Made by a program: the position numbers and the translations under genes. A model generated the notes under the pieces. It searched no databases and was not told where the DNA came from. It saw only the letters and a program-made list of their open reading frames with translations. A stretch of DNA of 64,000 bases from Zootoca vivipara (lineage: Eukaryota), in the NCBI RefSeq assembly GCF_963506605.1, contig NC_083288.1, positions 29,884,001 through 29,948,000 on the forward strand, in the 5' to 3' direction. The first letter of the stretch is position 1. Each line of letters begins with the position of its first letter. Below are positions 34,439 to 47,943 of this stretch, one piece after another.

Positions 34439-36135
34439 TATACAGAATGTATGTGATTTGATGCTTTTATGACTTTTTATATAAAAATTATAATGGTTAT
34501 GTACATACATTTTTTATAACCTATGATTTTAAAATATATGGTTTTTTGGGTACACCACCTTGATCGCAAGTGATTTACAATGCCCCACATTTGCTAGCTC
34601 AGTATCTGTCAGGGACTGGACAGAGAAGGAATGGTGGAGACTGCCTCCTCAGCCTGACCCTTCCAGAGAATAAGAAGACAGTTCTGAATTACAAAAGGAG
34701 TTTGAGGAATGTTCCTTCCCCTCAAAGGAAGATGAGGGGAAATAATGGGAGAGGAGGAGGAAGAGCCAGAGCAGCTGGCTGACACATTATCATTAGAATG
34801 CATTCCAGACCCACCATCTCACAGAACCCGGAGAGCGTTAAAAGTAGGAGAGCAAAGGGCTTGAAGACAGATGGCCTTAAGCAGCAACCATAAGGGTGGT
34901 GCTGCTGTTGAGAATGAATAAGCAAGAGAGAAGGGGGTGGAGATTTACTCGGAGCAACACCATTATTCCAAGAGGCTTCATTTCTAAGCCTCTCTCTGTG
35001 AATATTGAATAGAAAGCAAATGGTAAGAAATTCATTGTCTTAACCGTTCTAGGCAAACTACCGTGGGAGTTGGATCCTCTGATGCCTGACAGTATCATAT
35101 CTTTGCACATTACACTGAATGACAATGCATAGTATACTATCCCCTAATGCATTTCTAATGCAACAGCTTCACATACACCCACAGTGTATGTATTTGGGGG
35201 CAAGGGGAGGCTGGGGGGGATTTGAACTCAGTTCTTCATTCTGATACTCTACCTACTGCATTTCCAATCCAACTTTGGAAGAACTTCAAATCTGCACACT
35301 GTGAACTTCCCTCTAGTAAACATTTCTAGTAAGGCAAGCATGTTTGCATGCACACACACACACACACACACACACACAAGCTAATCTGAGAAGAAATTCA
35401 TGTGGATTACTACTGTTGATAACCAACCTACAGCTTAAAAGATAAATTACATTACAGGCATGGAACTTCTTGATGGTGATGAAGATGGGACAGATTGGAC
35501 CGGGTTGCAGCACTTTCTTACTGCACCATTTTCTCAATCTAATTCACTCTCTTGGAAGTGGCATTTAAGTCACCACTGAAAATATATGGATTACTGAATA
35601 TCCCCCCATATTGCTAATATAGTTAGAGCTTGATATTCTGTTTTGGAATAGTCCGTCACCAAATGGGAATAAAAATAGCTCCTTCTGTCCTCTCCCAAGC
35701 AAAATATATCATGCAACTTTCTCATTCTTTTCTAATCACTGAAAACACAAAGAGATGCCGACTTTGTTTTATTGCCCCTTCTCTGCTGGAAAAATCATGG
35801 GTCATAGGGAAGGGTAGTTGGGTTCAGAAGTACCCACTTTAAGGTTTCACATGTCCTGCCTTCTGCTACTATTTATGGTCATATTCATAGCACCTCCTAA
35901 GATTTAAAACTGTTCAGTTTATGCTTTCCTGCTCTGAGGAACAGGGTAGCTGGATAGAAAAGAGAGGTGTTTGATCAAATATGAGATCTCAATATCACAA
36001 ACCAGGGAGGGAAATGGGAGGAGATATTGGCTTCCCCCAAATTATCCATTTATTCCTCATAATCCTTTCTTTTTTTTTAACTTAACTACATCACTGGTAG
36101 GTTGTGGGAAGCAGCAGTGGCAAGAAGAGGTGGTG

Positions 36136-36421
36136 TGCTGTGTTGAGAATTCCCTCTGTGCAGGGAAGGCAAAAGGCTTACTCAACTTGCATTCCTCACC
36201 TCACTGTCATCTCCACATTATTATTTTGTGGATTCTTTGCCTACCTGAGGCCTACATCTAACACCCCTTCTGATCAGGATGTGGTATTTACTGTGGTATA
36301 TTCTATGGTTCCACCCATGCTGAATCCAGTGATTTATAGTTTAAGAAACAAGGAGATCAAGGCTGCCGTATCAAAGCTATTAGGTTTTAGCCAAAACACA
36401 TCTTCCAGTTTTCTTCTTTAA
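36136..36421 (+). pseudogene. Truncated OR paralogue (TM6-TM7 only), close to the OR at 32606
   Basis: AVLRIPSVQGRQKAYSTCIPHL...PPMLNPVIYSLRN. The downstream flank also aligns with 33536-33950, but no TM1-5 sequence lies upstream. Confidence 0.9.
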
Positions 36422-36835
36422 TTGTGTTTGTACCCTCAGGTCTTTGCCGTTATCTAAGCAATGATGCACCATGATTATTACTTTTTTAATTAAAAAAAAT
36501 GCATTTATTATATTTTATCCATCCCTTCCTTTTTTAAAAAAAAACAACCCCAGTAATTTAGGAGGGTATTGAGATGAATGTAAAATGACAAATACATTAT
36601 GAAATAACAGATCAACCATACAATGAAATTAAGAGGAATAAAGACATTCAACCTGCTTAGAAATACCATAATCAAAAATGCCTGGGAAAATAAATAAGTT
36701 TTAACCTTGTGCTAAATAAATAAATAAATTGTATGTTGGTGCTAAGAGTACCCATTTTCAGAAGTGATTTTGTACTTCAGTCACCATCACAGATATCATA
36801 CATGAATTGGAATAATAAATATATGTCAATCCATT

Positions 36836-38252
36836 GATTAATATGGCCAACTACTGCCCACTCTCAAATCTACCATTCTTGGGCAAGGTGATTGAGCGGG
36901 TGGTTGCGGAACAACTCCAGGCACGCCTGGAAGAAGCGGACCATTTGGATCCCTTCCAGTCGGGATTTAGGCCTCATCATGGGACTGAAACTGCCTTGGT
37001 CGCACTGGTCGATGATCTCCGGCGGGCTAGGGACAAAGGTGAGAACTGCTTCCTAGTTCTGCTGGATCTCTCAGCGGCTTTTGACACCATCGACCATAAC
37101 ATCCTTCTGGACCGTCTAGAGGGGTTGGGAGCTGGGGGCACTGTCATACAGTGGTTCCACTCCTTCCTCCTGGGCCGTGTTCAGAAAGTGGTGGGGTGGG
37201 ATGAGTGTTCGGACCCCTGGGCTCTCACTTGTGGGGTGCCTCAGGGTTCTGTCCTCTCCCCCATGCTTTTAAACATCTACATGCAGCTGCTGGGAGAGAT
37301 CATCAGGGCGTTTGGGCTGGGTGTTCATCAGTATGCAGATGATACCCAGCTCTACCTCTCTTTCAAATCAGAACCAGTGAAGGTGGTGAAGGTCCTGTGT
37401 GAGTGTCTGGAGGTGGTTGGAGGATGGATGGCGGCTAATGGATTGAGATTGAATCCTGACAAGACAGAAGTACTTTTTGTGGGGGACAGGAGGCGGGCAG
37501 GTGTGGATGACTCCCTTGTCCTGAATGGGGTAACTGTGCCCCTGAAGGACCAGGTGCGCAGCCTGGGAGTCATTTTGGACTCACAGCTGTCCGTGGAGGC
37601 ACAGGTCAATTCTGTGTCCAGGTCAGCAGTTTATCAGCTCCATCTGGTACGCAGGCTGATACCCTAACTGCCTGCAGACTGTCTTGCCAGAGTGGTGCAT
37701 GCTCGAGTTATCTCTTGCTTGGACTACTGTAATGCGCTCTATGTGGGGCTACCTTTGAAGGTGACCCAGAAACTACAATTAATCCAGAATGCGGCAGCTA
37801 GACTGGTGACTGGGAGCAGCCGCCGAGACCACATAACACCGGTCCTGAAAGACCTTCATTGGCTCCCAGTACGTTTCCGAGCACAATTCAAAGTGTTGGT
37901 GCTGACCTTTAAAGCCCTAAATGGCCTCGGTCCAGTATACCTGAAGGAGCGTCTACACCCCCACCGTTCTGCCCGGACACTGAGGTCCAGCGCTGAGGGC
38001 CTTCTGGCGGTTCCCTTGTTATGAGAAGCCAAGTTACAGGGAACCAGGAAGAGGGCCTTCTCGGTAGTGGCACCCTCCCACCAGAGGTCAAAGAGAACAA
38101 CGATTACTAGATCTTTAGAAGACATCTTAAGGCAGCCCTGTTTAGGGAAGCTTTTAATGTCTGTATTTTCTGTATTTTAATGTTTTGTTGGAAGCCGCCC
38201 AGAGTGGCTGGGGGAAGCCAGCCAAATGGGTGGGGTATAAATAATAATAATA

Positions 38253-38296
<44 letters not shown>
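36836..38296 (+). mobile_element. 5'-truncated L2, same family as 11935-16014
   Basis: The RT region is nearly identical to the intact copy. It has a nonsense codon at 37665-37667 and a (TTA)n tail. Confidence 0.95.
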
Positions 38297-38297
<1 letters not shown>

Positions 38298-38543
38298 ATG
38301 ACAACATTCACAACTTTTGAATGGACTATTTACAGACATAGACTTTGTTTGAATAAAAATGTCAATATTTGGAATGAGTTTATTCAGAATGTAAGAGGTT
38401 ATTTATATAAGAATGTATGGGAGTAAATTACATTGCATTTTTGTATATATATTTTTCTTATACACATCTTTGTTCTTTACCTGTCATTTCCCCCTTTCCC
38501 CCCTCTGTATTGCATTATTTCTTGATAATTGAAATTCTTTCAA

Positions 38544-38578
<35 letters not shown>

Positions 38579-39086
38579 TGATGCATGGTGTTTTCCCTCT
38601 AAAGATGGAGCATGAAGAACAGCTTCCTCTGACATTCTTAGTACATAGGCAAGTCCAAGCCCAAGTAACTCCTAATAGTTCTCACAGCCCCATTGATCAT
38701 CAAAACAATAGTGTGAAGTAGCTGTATTGGAAAATGTGCAAGGCATGTTGTGGAAAAAGTGATTTGAACATGTTACATCTCTGAGGTCTTATGTTGGACA
38801 TGTATGAAAGCTTGAACCTGCCTAGTTCATGGACAGCCACTGCAATATTTTGACATTTTAGGCTGCATGTTTTGAGGAATTAACTTTATGTGGGAGATGT
38901 CATATACTGTAATGGAATGTGAGCTTATTTGTAGACTATAGAGATAACTAGTATGATTGTGGTGGTGTACCCTTATGTAATCAGTCGATCTGAGCTGATT
39001 GCCAAGATCTGTGATTGATTTATGGGTTAGCAAGATCATGGACATGATAGGGACATGTGCCTACTACACTGATAGTGGGGGTGGCA

Positions 39087-39389
39087 ACTTTATATTATAT
39101 TTGAAAGACAACTGTAAGCAATTAACATCACTACCAGGATTATGTGAAGAATTGTAAGGGGAAATTGTTACTTATTCAGGTGGAATAATTTAATACTTTA
39201 GGTAATTATATAACAAGAATAGGAGAAGAAGTGAAATGCAAGGATGTGAAATTTAATTTTGTAAACCGCTAGGCGGGAGAGAGAGAAGTTGGCAGGCTCA
39301 GTTGAGCCAAAGAGTTATACTACGGTATGAGGGTACAATATTATGTATTGTGATTATATGTAAAACTAATAAAAATTATGGGGGGGGGA
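39087..39389 (+). mobile_element. Short L1 3'-end fragment
   Basis: Flanked by GATAGTGGGG(G)TGGCA (39071-39086 and 39390-39404), with AATAAA near the end. Resembles the 3' part of 47274-47943. Confidence 0.6.
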
Positions 39390-41744
39390 GATAGTGGGGT
39401 GGCAGTTTGTCAACCTTTTGATATAGGTCATTGGTCCTTCCCTTGGTTCAAGAATGTGGCTGTCTGCCACATTCACAAACTCAGTGTATATTAGGAACAG
39501 TAGTGCCCCTGCTTAAAGAGATATCAATGCCAGCCTTTGACTGAAGGAATAAGATGATGTACTGCTGCTTTGGAGGAAATTTCCCAGCAACTCTATCTGA
39601 ATTTATATACTTTGCTTTGCTTTGCTGTTGTTTAGCAAATAAAGGCCTTTAAATATCACACTGGTGTTTCATTTATCGCCTACCTAAGTATTTCAAGTAA
39701 TACCCCCCCCCAAAAAAAAGAAACAATCTGGGGGGGAAATTCATTTGGATTTCTACCATTCTATCATTGACAACCTATCCTCTAAATGGGTTTAATAACA
39801 TTTTATATTTATCTACAACTGAAACTATACATTACATTATGGGCATGGAACTTTCCCTCAGTGTAGGACGGGAGGCAAATAGGGTCATGGGTGCATCACA
39901 TGGCTTAATCACATGGCTCTAACAAGCCTCTATTGAGTTCCTATACCTATAACTATTGAGTTTCTGTGCCAATAACTTTCACCACTTTGCTACTAAGCCT
40001 GATTTTACTGCACTGTGCAACTTTTTTGACTGATGTTTGGAAAAGCACGTGAACCTGACCTTTGAAGAGTTTATATGGAAACCAATTTTTAGCTTACCAA
40101 AAATGTGGTTTTTCCCTAAGCTGAGAGAAAATGAAACTTTGGAACTCACTTTGAAGGGCATACTTTAAAGGTTGAGCAGCCTGTATTTCTATACTTTACT
40201 TTCCTGCTTATTTTGTGACTTTAAATCTCTGCTGGGGTTCTTTAACCGAAGTATACTTGCCACAAACCAGGCTCTTGGCACCCAGTACTGGTAATTATAT
40301 GTATCAAATAGAGAACATCAAAGCACTGCCCTCTGACAACCTTCAAATAGAGGGCTATCCTTACACTAGTTACCAACGAGCCTTTACATCTTTATTAAAC
40401 CTTGTAATACAGAAAGAGACATTGTGAGGAGTAGATAACTTTGAAAGAGTGCACAGTGCAGGTAAGTTAACTTTTACTTGTGTGCTTATATGGGGAAATT
40501 ATTTGGGGCTCTTGGGACCAAGGCTCAAGGTACACATAAACTGATTAACAAAACTCTGCCTCAGGGTGACAAATTTGAATCATCCATTTAAAAAGAGCTT
40601 CATGAGTCTCAAAACAAAGAAGAGCTGAAGAACTTCAAAACATCCCGGATAGCTAGACAGATACACATCACTTGGAAGTAGCAAATGAATAAACTGCATC
40701 TGGTGATTGCATTGTCTGGAAAGAAAATGGTGAGTTATTTATATAATGAAAGTTTAGGAATTGCTAGTGTAGTTTTCTGCAGGCAGCTTCATGGTTCACA
40801 GAAACCTGCCTTTTGGAGCTGAGGTTGAGGGACTTATGCCAGTATACTTCTAGCTGAGATGGGATAAGGAACATACTGTATGCTAGCATAGCCCCAGCTC
40901 AGATGGGAATGCTGGAAATCTACCAAATCCAAATTCCATCATTTTGGTAAAGCCTGGGTTTGGATTGCACTGTATAATGAAATGAAATTGAAACATTCAG
41001 ATATCTTGGGAAAGCAGTAAGGAAACTCTTATAATGATTATAATCTATTGGAGCTTAATTATGGTATGCCTTTGTGGTTCTGACTTGGTGAGTTTGTAGC
41101 CACTAAAAAATCTTGTTTGAATATTAACACATTTTACCTTAAGGATGTTTGGGCAGCAGTTTGTAACCCATGGAAAGCCTCTTTGCAGAATAAGGGGTGT
41201 GAACCCATGTGAAATTGGTGGGGCTGGGGCTGTAGTGCCTTCGAAATTCTGCGCAACTTTCAGTACACTTCGAGTTTAACTATTAGGGCAAGATCCATTC
41301 AGTTAGGAACTACTATAGTCAGAAAAAACCTGTTTTGGAAAGATATTTATGTTAGCGCTGAACTTACTGAAATTAGAAAATGTAAAAAGGTTATCCTGGG
41401 CTCAAGTGAAGCATTGTACTGCTAGTTTAATTAGAGCATTCTGTTTATGGAAATGGAGTGGTATTTTACAGAGCATAAGCAGAGCAATCCTAATAGGAAG
41501 CATTGTAACTTATGCCAGAGGAGCTATTGGGGAAAACTAGGCTTGATATTGTGTGTATTTGGGCTCACACATGCTGCTGCAGACTTGGAAATATATAATC
41601 AAATTGTAATAAGAATGGCTGTTGAAACACATATTGAAACGGGTAAAAGCACTGCTTTTACAATATACATACCCCAGTGCAGAAGATTGTTAAAGCCAAA
41701 ACATATTTGGAATACAAATAAATTGGAGTCCTTGGAGAGTTGAG

Positions 41745-42131
41745 AAAATCAAATGAAAAGATTCCAAGAGCTCTGGCCAGCTAAAGGCATAATTTTTAGA
41801 AAGTTTTAAGTTGAGAATAATAAGACAAATTCCAGTAGCAATCCAGTTTTTAGAAATCCAGGACAAGGTCCTGTTTCGGTTTATTCTTCATCAGCTCTGG
41901 TTTCATAGTTTCAAGGTCAAAGCGTACCACTCATGAAAAACATTATTTTTCTAAAAAATATTCCTTTACCTGCCCAGAGCTCTTGGAATCTTTTCATTTG
42001 GTTTTAAAACACAGCTCTGGTTTCATAGTTTCAAGGTCAAAGCGTACCACTCATGAGAAACATTATTTTCCTAAAAATTATTCCTTTACCTGCCCAGAGC
42101 TCTTGGAATCTCTTCATTTGGTTTTAAAACA
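41745..42131. repeat. 120-bp tandem duplication (41892-42131) plus an inverted 58-bp partial copy (41745-41802)
   Basis: Units start CAGCTCTGGTTTCATAG at 41892 and 42012. CAAATGAAAAGATTCCAAGAGCTCTGG is the reverse complement of part of the unit. Confidence 0.88.
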
Positions 42132-42460
42132 CATTTGGACACATGGTCCAATCAGACTGCTGCACTTACCAACTTAGCAGCTACTTTCTGCACTAACTGT
42201 AGCCCCTGGACCATCTTCAAGAGCAGTCCCATGCAGAGTACATTTTAAATAACTTACATAGGAGGTCATTAGAGCATGGACAAATAAGAATTATATGTCA
42301 TGGGGGGGGGGGCACCAGGAATTTAGAGCTGCTTAGGTGGAGCATGGCCAAAAAAAGGTTGGGAACCACTGCTAGTGATAAATTGGAATGTAGGAGTATT
42401 CCGAAACTATGACCTGAATTCCAACTCACATTTTAATATAAAGTATTTTAATATAACATA

Positions 42461-42682
42461 TAAAGGTAAAGGTAAAGGGACCCCTGACCGTTTGGTCCAG
42501 TTGCGGATGACTCTGGGGTTGCAGTGCTCATCTCGCTTTACTAGCCGAGGGAGCCGGCATACAGCTTCCAGGTCATGTGACCGAGCAATGGGAGCTCACC
42601 ACATCGCGGGGATTTGAACCGCCGACTTTCTGACCGGCAAACCCTAGGCTCTGTGTTTTAGACCACAGTGCCACCCGAGTCC
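42461..42682 (-). mobile_element. Sauria SINE, internally deleted
   Basis: The (AAAGGT)n tail and GGGACCCCTGACC...ACCACAGTGCCACCCG are the reverse complement of the SINE at 51751. Confidence 0.88.
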
Positions 42683-43145
42683 TAGGTAATATAATGTATA
42701 TATTTACTTAAATCCAAATATGGTATGTATTTGGATACAATATATTTAGAAATGCGTACACGGATATAAAATGTATACTTATACATCTTATATCAGTATA
42801 TGCATTTCAAAATATATTGTATCCAAATTCACATCCCAGTAGGTTGTTTTTTGGGGTGGGAGTGGGGTTTGATTTGGAACTGTATCGCAAAATTCAAAGG
42901 AATGCAGATTGTAAAGGTTAATCTTGGCATGATCTGCACAAGAGTATAGCAGAGGTAGATCAACCGAGTCCACCTCAGAATTCACAGAAATTGAATTCCT
43001 CAAGTATCTCAGGTAAGACCCATGCTATTCAGCACCTTGACAACAAATGCTGACATGAATGCAAATCAAGAACCATTGCTTAACTTCTGTACTTGGCAGA
43101 TTTTAGTGAAGTGTATCTATCCCCCCCCCTTTTCTTTCACATAGC

Positions 43146-44123
43146 ATGCAATTTGTAATGATGGAAACTACAGCCAACATGAGTTCCATGTCCCATTTTC
43201 TACTGCTGGAGTTCTCTGAGATTCGAGAGCTGCAGCTCTTGCACTTCTTTGTATTCCTGGCATTGTACTTGGCAACTGTGACTGGAAATCTTCTCATCAT
43301 ATCTGCAATAGTCTCTGATAACCACCTGCACACTCCCATGTACTTCTTCCTGGTGAACCTAGCCATGCTGGACCTTGGTTCAATTTCTGTAGCTATACCT
43401 AAATCCACAGTCAATTCCTTCTTTAATACCAGATTGATTTCTCATTCTGGATGTGTTGCCCAGGTTTTCTTCCTACTCTTTTTTGTAGCATCAGATTTTG
43501 CCCTCCTCACAGTGATGGCACATGATCGCCATGTTGCCATTTGCAACCCTCTGCGGTATGAGACAATAATGAACAAAGTAGCCTGTACGCAAATGGTTGC
43601 AAGTGCATGGATAAGTGGCCTTGTCTATGCAATAGTACACACAAGTAGCACTTTTGCAATCTCCTTCTGCTCTAATGTGGTTCATCAGTTCTTCTGTGAA
43701 ATCCCACAGTTGCTCAAGCTCTCCTGCACTGATTTATACCTAGTTGAAGTTGGTGTTCTTGTGCTGAGTGCTAGCATAGTGCTCAGTTGCTTCATTTTCA
43801 TCATTGTAACATATGTACAAATCTTCACTACAGTGCTGAGAATTCCCTCGGTGAAGGGAAGGCAAAAGGCCTTCTCCACGTGTCTTCCCCACCTTATTGT
43901 GGTCTCCATGTTTGTATTCACTGGAATTTTTGCCTATCTCAGGCTTCCCTCTAATTCACAATCTAATCTGGATTTGGTGTTTGCAGTTATATATTCTGTG
44001 GTCCCACCCCTGATGAATCCACTGGTCTACAGCATGAGGAACAAAGATATCAAGGTTGCCATGTGGAAAATGCTGAATCTGAAGGGCTCCTCTAGGAATC
44101 CCTTCTCAGAATTTCATTCCTAA
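43146..44123 (+). CDS. Olfactory receptor, OR14-like, up to 325 aa (the true start may be a downstream Met)
   Basis: Acceptor ctttcacatag sits just upstream. Has NMS, LHTPMYFFL, MAHDRHVAIC, KAFSTCLPHL and PPLMNPLVYSMRN. Confidence 0.93.
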   Translation: MQFVMMETTANMSSMSHFLLLEFSEIRELQLLHFFVFLALYLATVTGNLLIISAIVSDNHLHTPMYFFLVNLAMLDLGSISVAIPKSTVNSFFNTRLISHSGCVAQVFFLLFFVASDFALLTVMAHDRHVAICNPLRYETIMNKVACTQMVASAWISGLVYAIVHTSSTFAISFCSNVVHQFFCEIPQLLKLSCTDLYLVEVGVLVLSASIVLSCFIFIIVTYVQIFTTVLRIPSVKGRQKAFSTCLPHLIVVSMFVFTGIFAYLRLPSNSQSNLDLVFAVIYSVVPPLMNPLVYSMRNKDIKVAMWKMLNLKGSSRNPFSEFHS

Positions 44124-44937
44124 GCTCAAACTTCTTGGTGATACATACATATACATACATATACATACATATACTTTAGCCAACCTGATGCCTTCCATCT
44201 GTTTTAGACTTCAACTCTCATCAGTTTCACTCTGTATGCACAATGGTAAAGGATGATGGGAGTTTAGGCTATAGAATTGGCAGCCCCTAAATTAAATGCA
44301 TATAAACATTTTGGGGTGTGTGTGTATCAATTCTATTCAATTTGATTCGATTGCCCTAAGATTCCTCCATAAAAGGTCAGAGACATTATGAAAAATGTAA
44401 ACACTTCCGAGTAAGACAAGTCTACCAAGAGACTATTTGCCAGTGGACAGGTAAACATTTTTTCATGAGAGGTTGGCATCTTTTTGAAGCCTCTGGGATA
44501 CAGGCCTGGGATCTACTTCACTCATTTTACTACATGTTGGGACTTCAGTAGTTACGAGGGCAGAATGTAACCTATAGCAAGGTTGCACAAGCTCAGTGGG
44601 AGATTTGAGGCAAGAGGAAGCCACTCTTATGGGCAGCAAATTCATTACCTCAGAGTAATTTGAGTTATGCCTGTTGTCTCCTTTCTCTAAAGGGGTTTTG
44701 TGATGACACAACCTGAAACAAAGAAGTTCAGTATGACAGTGCTCTGTTTTATTTATTTTATGACACTTGTTTAAATTATATTTTGCATGTAAGAACCATA
44801 TTTATGTACTGCTGTTTGATGCTTGTTTTATGCCATTTACACCTGTATAAGTTCTTTGCTGAGAATCCCTTATTAAAATACATTAAGAATTTCCGGGTGG
44901 AAATACTTAATATTGTAGAAAGAAGTACAGGCTATGA

Positions 44938-45064
44938 CAGGCATAGACCCTCCAGATGTTTTGGGACTACAACTCCCATCATCCCTGACCACAGGTCGAG
45001 TTAGCTAGGGATGATGGGAATTGTAGTCCCAAAACATCTGGCGGGCCAAGTTTGCCTATGCCTG
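44938..45064. mobile_element. hAT-type hairpin MITE (127 bp)
   Basis: 8-bp TSD GGCTATGA, termini CAGGCATAG...CTATGCCTG and a long internal palindrome. Confidence 0.9.
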
Positions 45065-45553
45065 GGCTATGATCTTCCCAGAAACCTGAAAATAACACTT
45101 CTTTTTGAAATTTAATTCTGAAGTCAGTAATACTGATTTACAGCAGAATGCTACACCGCTAACAGGAAAATGGTATAGTGCACAAAAATTGGAAAAATAC
45201 CCACCCACACATATTTATTTGTTTAAAAAAACAAGACTCAAAGCAGTTAACAAAAAAACAAACAAACGTACAACAGAAACACAATACATAATTATCAAGA
45301 AAACAAATTTATTGAGTGATGGGTTTTATTTGTACATTTCTAGAATGATAATGTAAATGATGATATTTTCCTTTGTATCTATAAGAAAGGGGTTTGGTTT
45401 TTTGTTATGTTGCCCCTTCCACATTCACGTGTCATTTTTCCTTACCCTTTTTCCTCCCTTTTTCCTTCATTTATTTTCTTTTTTTCCTGACAAGAAAGGT
45501 TGTTTGATGTACAAGGTCTTGGCCAAAAAGTGCAATATTATAAGATCAATAAC

Positions 45554-45590
<37 letters not shown>

Positions 45591-45713
45591 GAATTATACA
45601 AAATGGTTTTTTTTTAAAAAAAAATAAGTTACCCAAGCACTTAACTTCAGATTTGGTGTCCTTGGAATGAAAATCACTAAGTCACTGAAGTCTGGTCTTT
45701 TTGTTATATTTGG

Positions 45714-45748
<35 letters not shown>

Positions 45749-45942
45749 CTGACAAAGGATGGAAGGGCCCATAGCATTAATTGCCCAACACATCCTTCTC
45801 CTCCTTCAGGGTTCTAAGCAGTCTCTCTCTACCCAAGCCATGATTTAGGTTTCAGTAAATCATGTGTTTGTGTGTTCCCAGCTCCACATAAGTCTGCACA
45901 ATGACAAATTCCTGGCCTATTCTTTCCCTACACCTAGGATGA

Positions 45943-46271
45943 TGTGGTATCAAGCTGCAGGGGATGAGGAGCAAACTCTTGAGTAAAAAGGGTGCTTTAA
46001 AAAGAGACTGCAGTTCCTTCTCCTACAGGAGGGGTGACTCTGTCCAGGAGTCCACTGGGGGACCAATGGGCCCATACACCTCTCAATGGTGGCCTGTGTG
46101 GGGTCGTGCCATGTTGGGGGCGACTCTCCTACACAAGTTCAACCACACCACATTCCTATCAGGTGGAAGGCAGTCCTGTAATCAATAAAGTTGTGGCCTA
46201 ATTCAACCCAATACTGTGTTCATTCTTGTGGCCCTACCTTCACCCGCTACGGCCATTATGCGACTGTGACA
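45943..46271 (+). mobile_element. Probable solo LTR
   Basis: TG...CA ends, and CTGTAATCAATAAAGTTGTGG is shared with the LTR-like sequence at about 60935. No TSD identified. Confidence 0.45.
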
Positions 46272-46472
46272 GCAAATCTTTCTCCTCTATTGGGTTCCCA
46301 CGTAGCAAAAACACAAAAAAGTGGGGAGGGGAGTTGAAAATTGGAAAAATACCCACCCACACAATTCACAGTGAGGAAGTCAAATCTCTTTGTCTTCCAA
46401 GCTCCATTGGGGACTAGACAAACTTGACCAGGTCAAAAGACATGTAAAAAGGATACTTAGCAGGCTAGCTAG

Positions 46473-47014
46473 CATGGGCGTAGGCAGGGGGGCAGGAGGG
46501 GGCAATTGCACCCCCTAGAAGCAATGGCTGAGGGGCGCAGCAGTGTGGCAGCCCCAGGCTCCCGCTCCCGGCGCGAAGCTCCAGAGTCGCGCAGGGAACA
46601 CGAGCCTGTGGCTGCGTCCTCCGCGCCTCCCAGGTCTTCGGAGGAGGCGGCCCCAGGCTCCCGCTCCCAACGCGAGCCTGGGGCCGCCTCCTCCGAAGAC
46701 CTGGGAGGCGCGGAGGAGGCAGCCACAGGCTCGCGTTCCTGGCATGACTCTGGAGCTTCGTGCCGGGAGCGGGAGCCTGGTCTGGGGCCGCCTCCTCCGA
46801 AGACCTGGGAGGCGCGGAGGACACAGCCACAGGCCCGCGTTCCCTGCGCGACTCTGGAGCTTCGCGCCGGGAGCGGGAGCCTGGGGCCGCCTCCTCCGAA
46901 GACCTGGGAGGCGCAGGCCACGTGGCCCCGCCCACATTTCCGCTGTGGCCCCTCCCCTCCCGCCCCTTGCCCCCGCCCCTTCCCCCCCTAATTTTTATCC
47001 TGGCTACGCCCCTG
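46473..47014. mobile_element. Non-autonomous hAT element with GC-rich internal inverted/tandem repeats
   Basis: 8-bp TSD CTAGCTAG and TIRs CATGGGCGTAGGCAGG / CCTGGCTACGCCCCTG. It is absent from the paralogous site at about 59690. Confidence 0.88.
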
Positions 47015-47273
47015 CTAGCTAGGGTCATTACATTAACAAAGAGATTGGTTTTACCACTTCAGCATTTCCTTCTCCTACAGTCTCCATTATTAGAGATACA
47101 AAATCAAATGAGTTTGATTGTAGCTGTAATCAAGAATCTGAAGCCATTCCCATCTATCATATATATGAAGAAGAAAGTTATGGCATTGAACTTTTTACAT
47201 TGCTTTGTGGGAGAACAACATGAATCTCCAGTTTCAGTCTAATCTTCTGATTCAAAATGAAGCACAAAATGGA

Positions 47274-47943
47274 TGAACAAGTGAAATCCTCAATGATACA
47301 TTGGGCAATGAATATTGGTCATAATATTGAGATGTTGGCATGGGAGTGGTTGTGGAATATAGATCTAAGGTTTATAGCAAGTTATGGTTTGAGGAAGAAC
47401 TATATGAAAATGAAGTATAGATGGTATTTGACACCCAACTGAGCAGCAAAAATGTGTGACTCTGAATCAAATACCTGTAGGAAATGTAAAGATAAAGAAG
47501 TTCTCTTTCTCCATATGTGGTGGACTTGTAATAAGGTAAAAGCATACTGGGAAATGATATATGATGAATTGAAAAAAATGTTTAAAATAACTTTTATTAA
47601 CAAATTAGAGACTTTTCTTTAAGGAATTATAGGAATTTTAGAATAAGAAATCAAGATAATATTTTTTTAATGTAGAATGGAAACCATTTATTGAATATTT
47701 ACAAAATTATTGTAAACAAATTAAGACATTAGCAGGACTAAAGTACAAATGTGCAGTGACAGAAAACATATATTGACTATCTGGGATAAACAATAAATAA
47801 GGTTAACTTGGAACTGCAGTAAAAACAGTATAAATGTAAGAAACTGCAAAAAGGGGGAGGGGAGTCAAAATATGATGTGGAATAATTCAAATTCTTGTTT
47901 TGTGTTTGTCGTAAAATGAAAAGTATAAATAAAATTTTAAAAA
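47274..47943 (+). mobile_element. 5'-truncated L1 (L1-B-like lineage)
   Basis: 15-bp TSD GAAGCACAAAATGGA. Encodes MIHWAMNIGH...YRWYLTP and HMWWTC remnants. Confidence 0.9.

Noticed and set aside
46465-47242. Six overlapping 140-187 aa ORFs
   Set aside because: These are an artefact of the GC-rich repeats in the hAT element.
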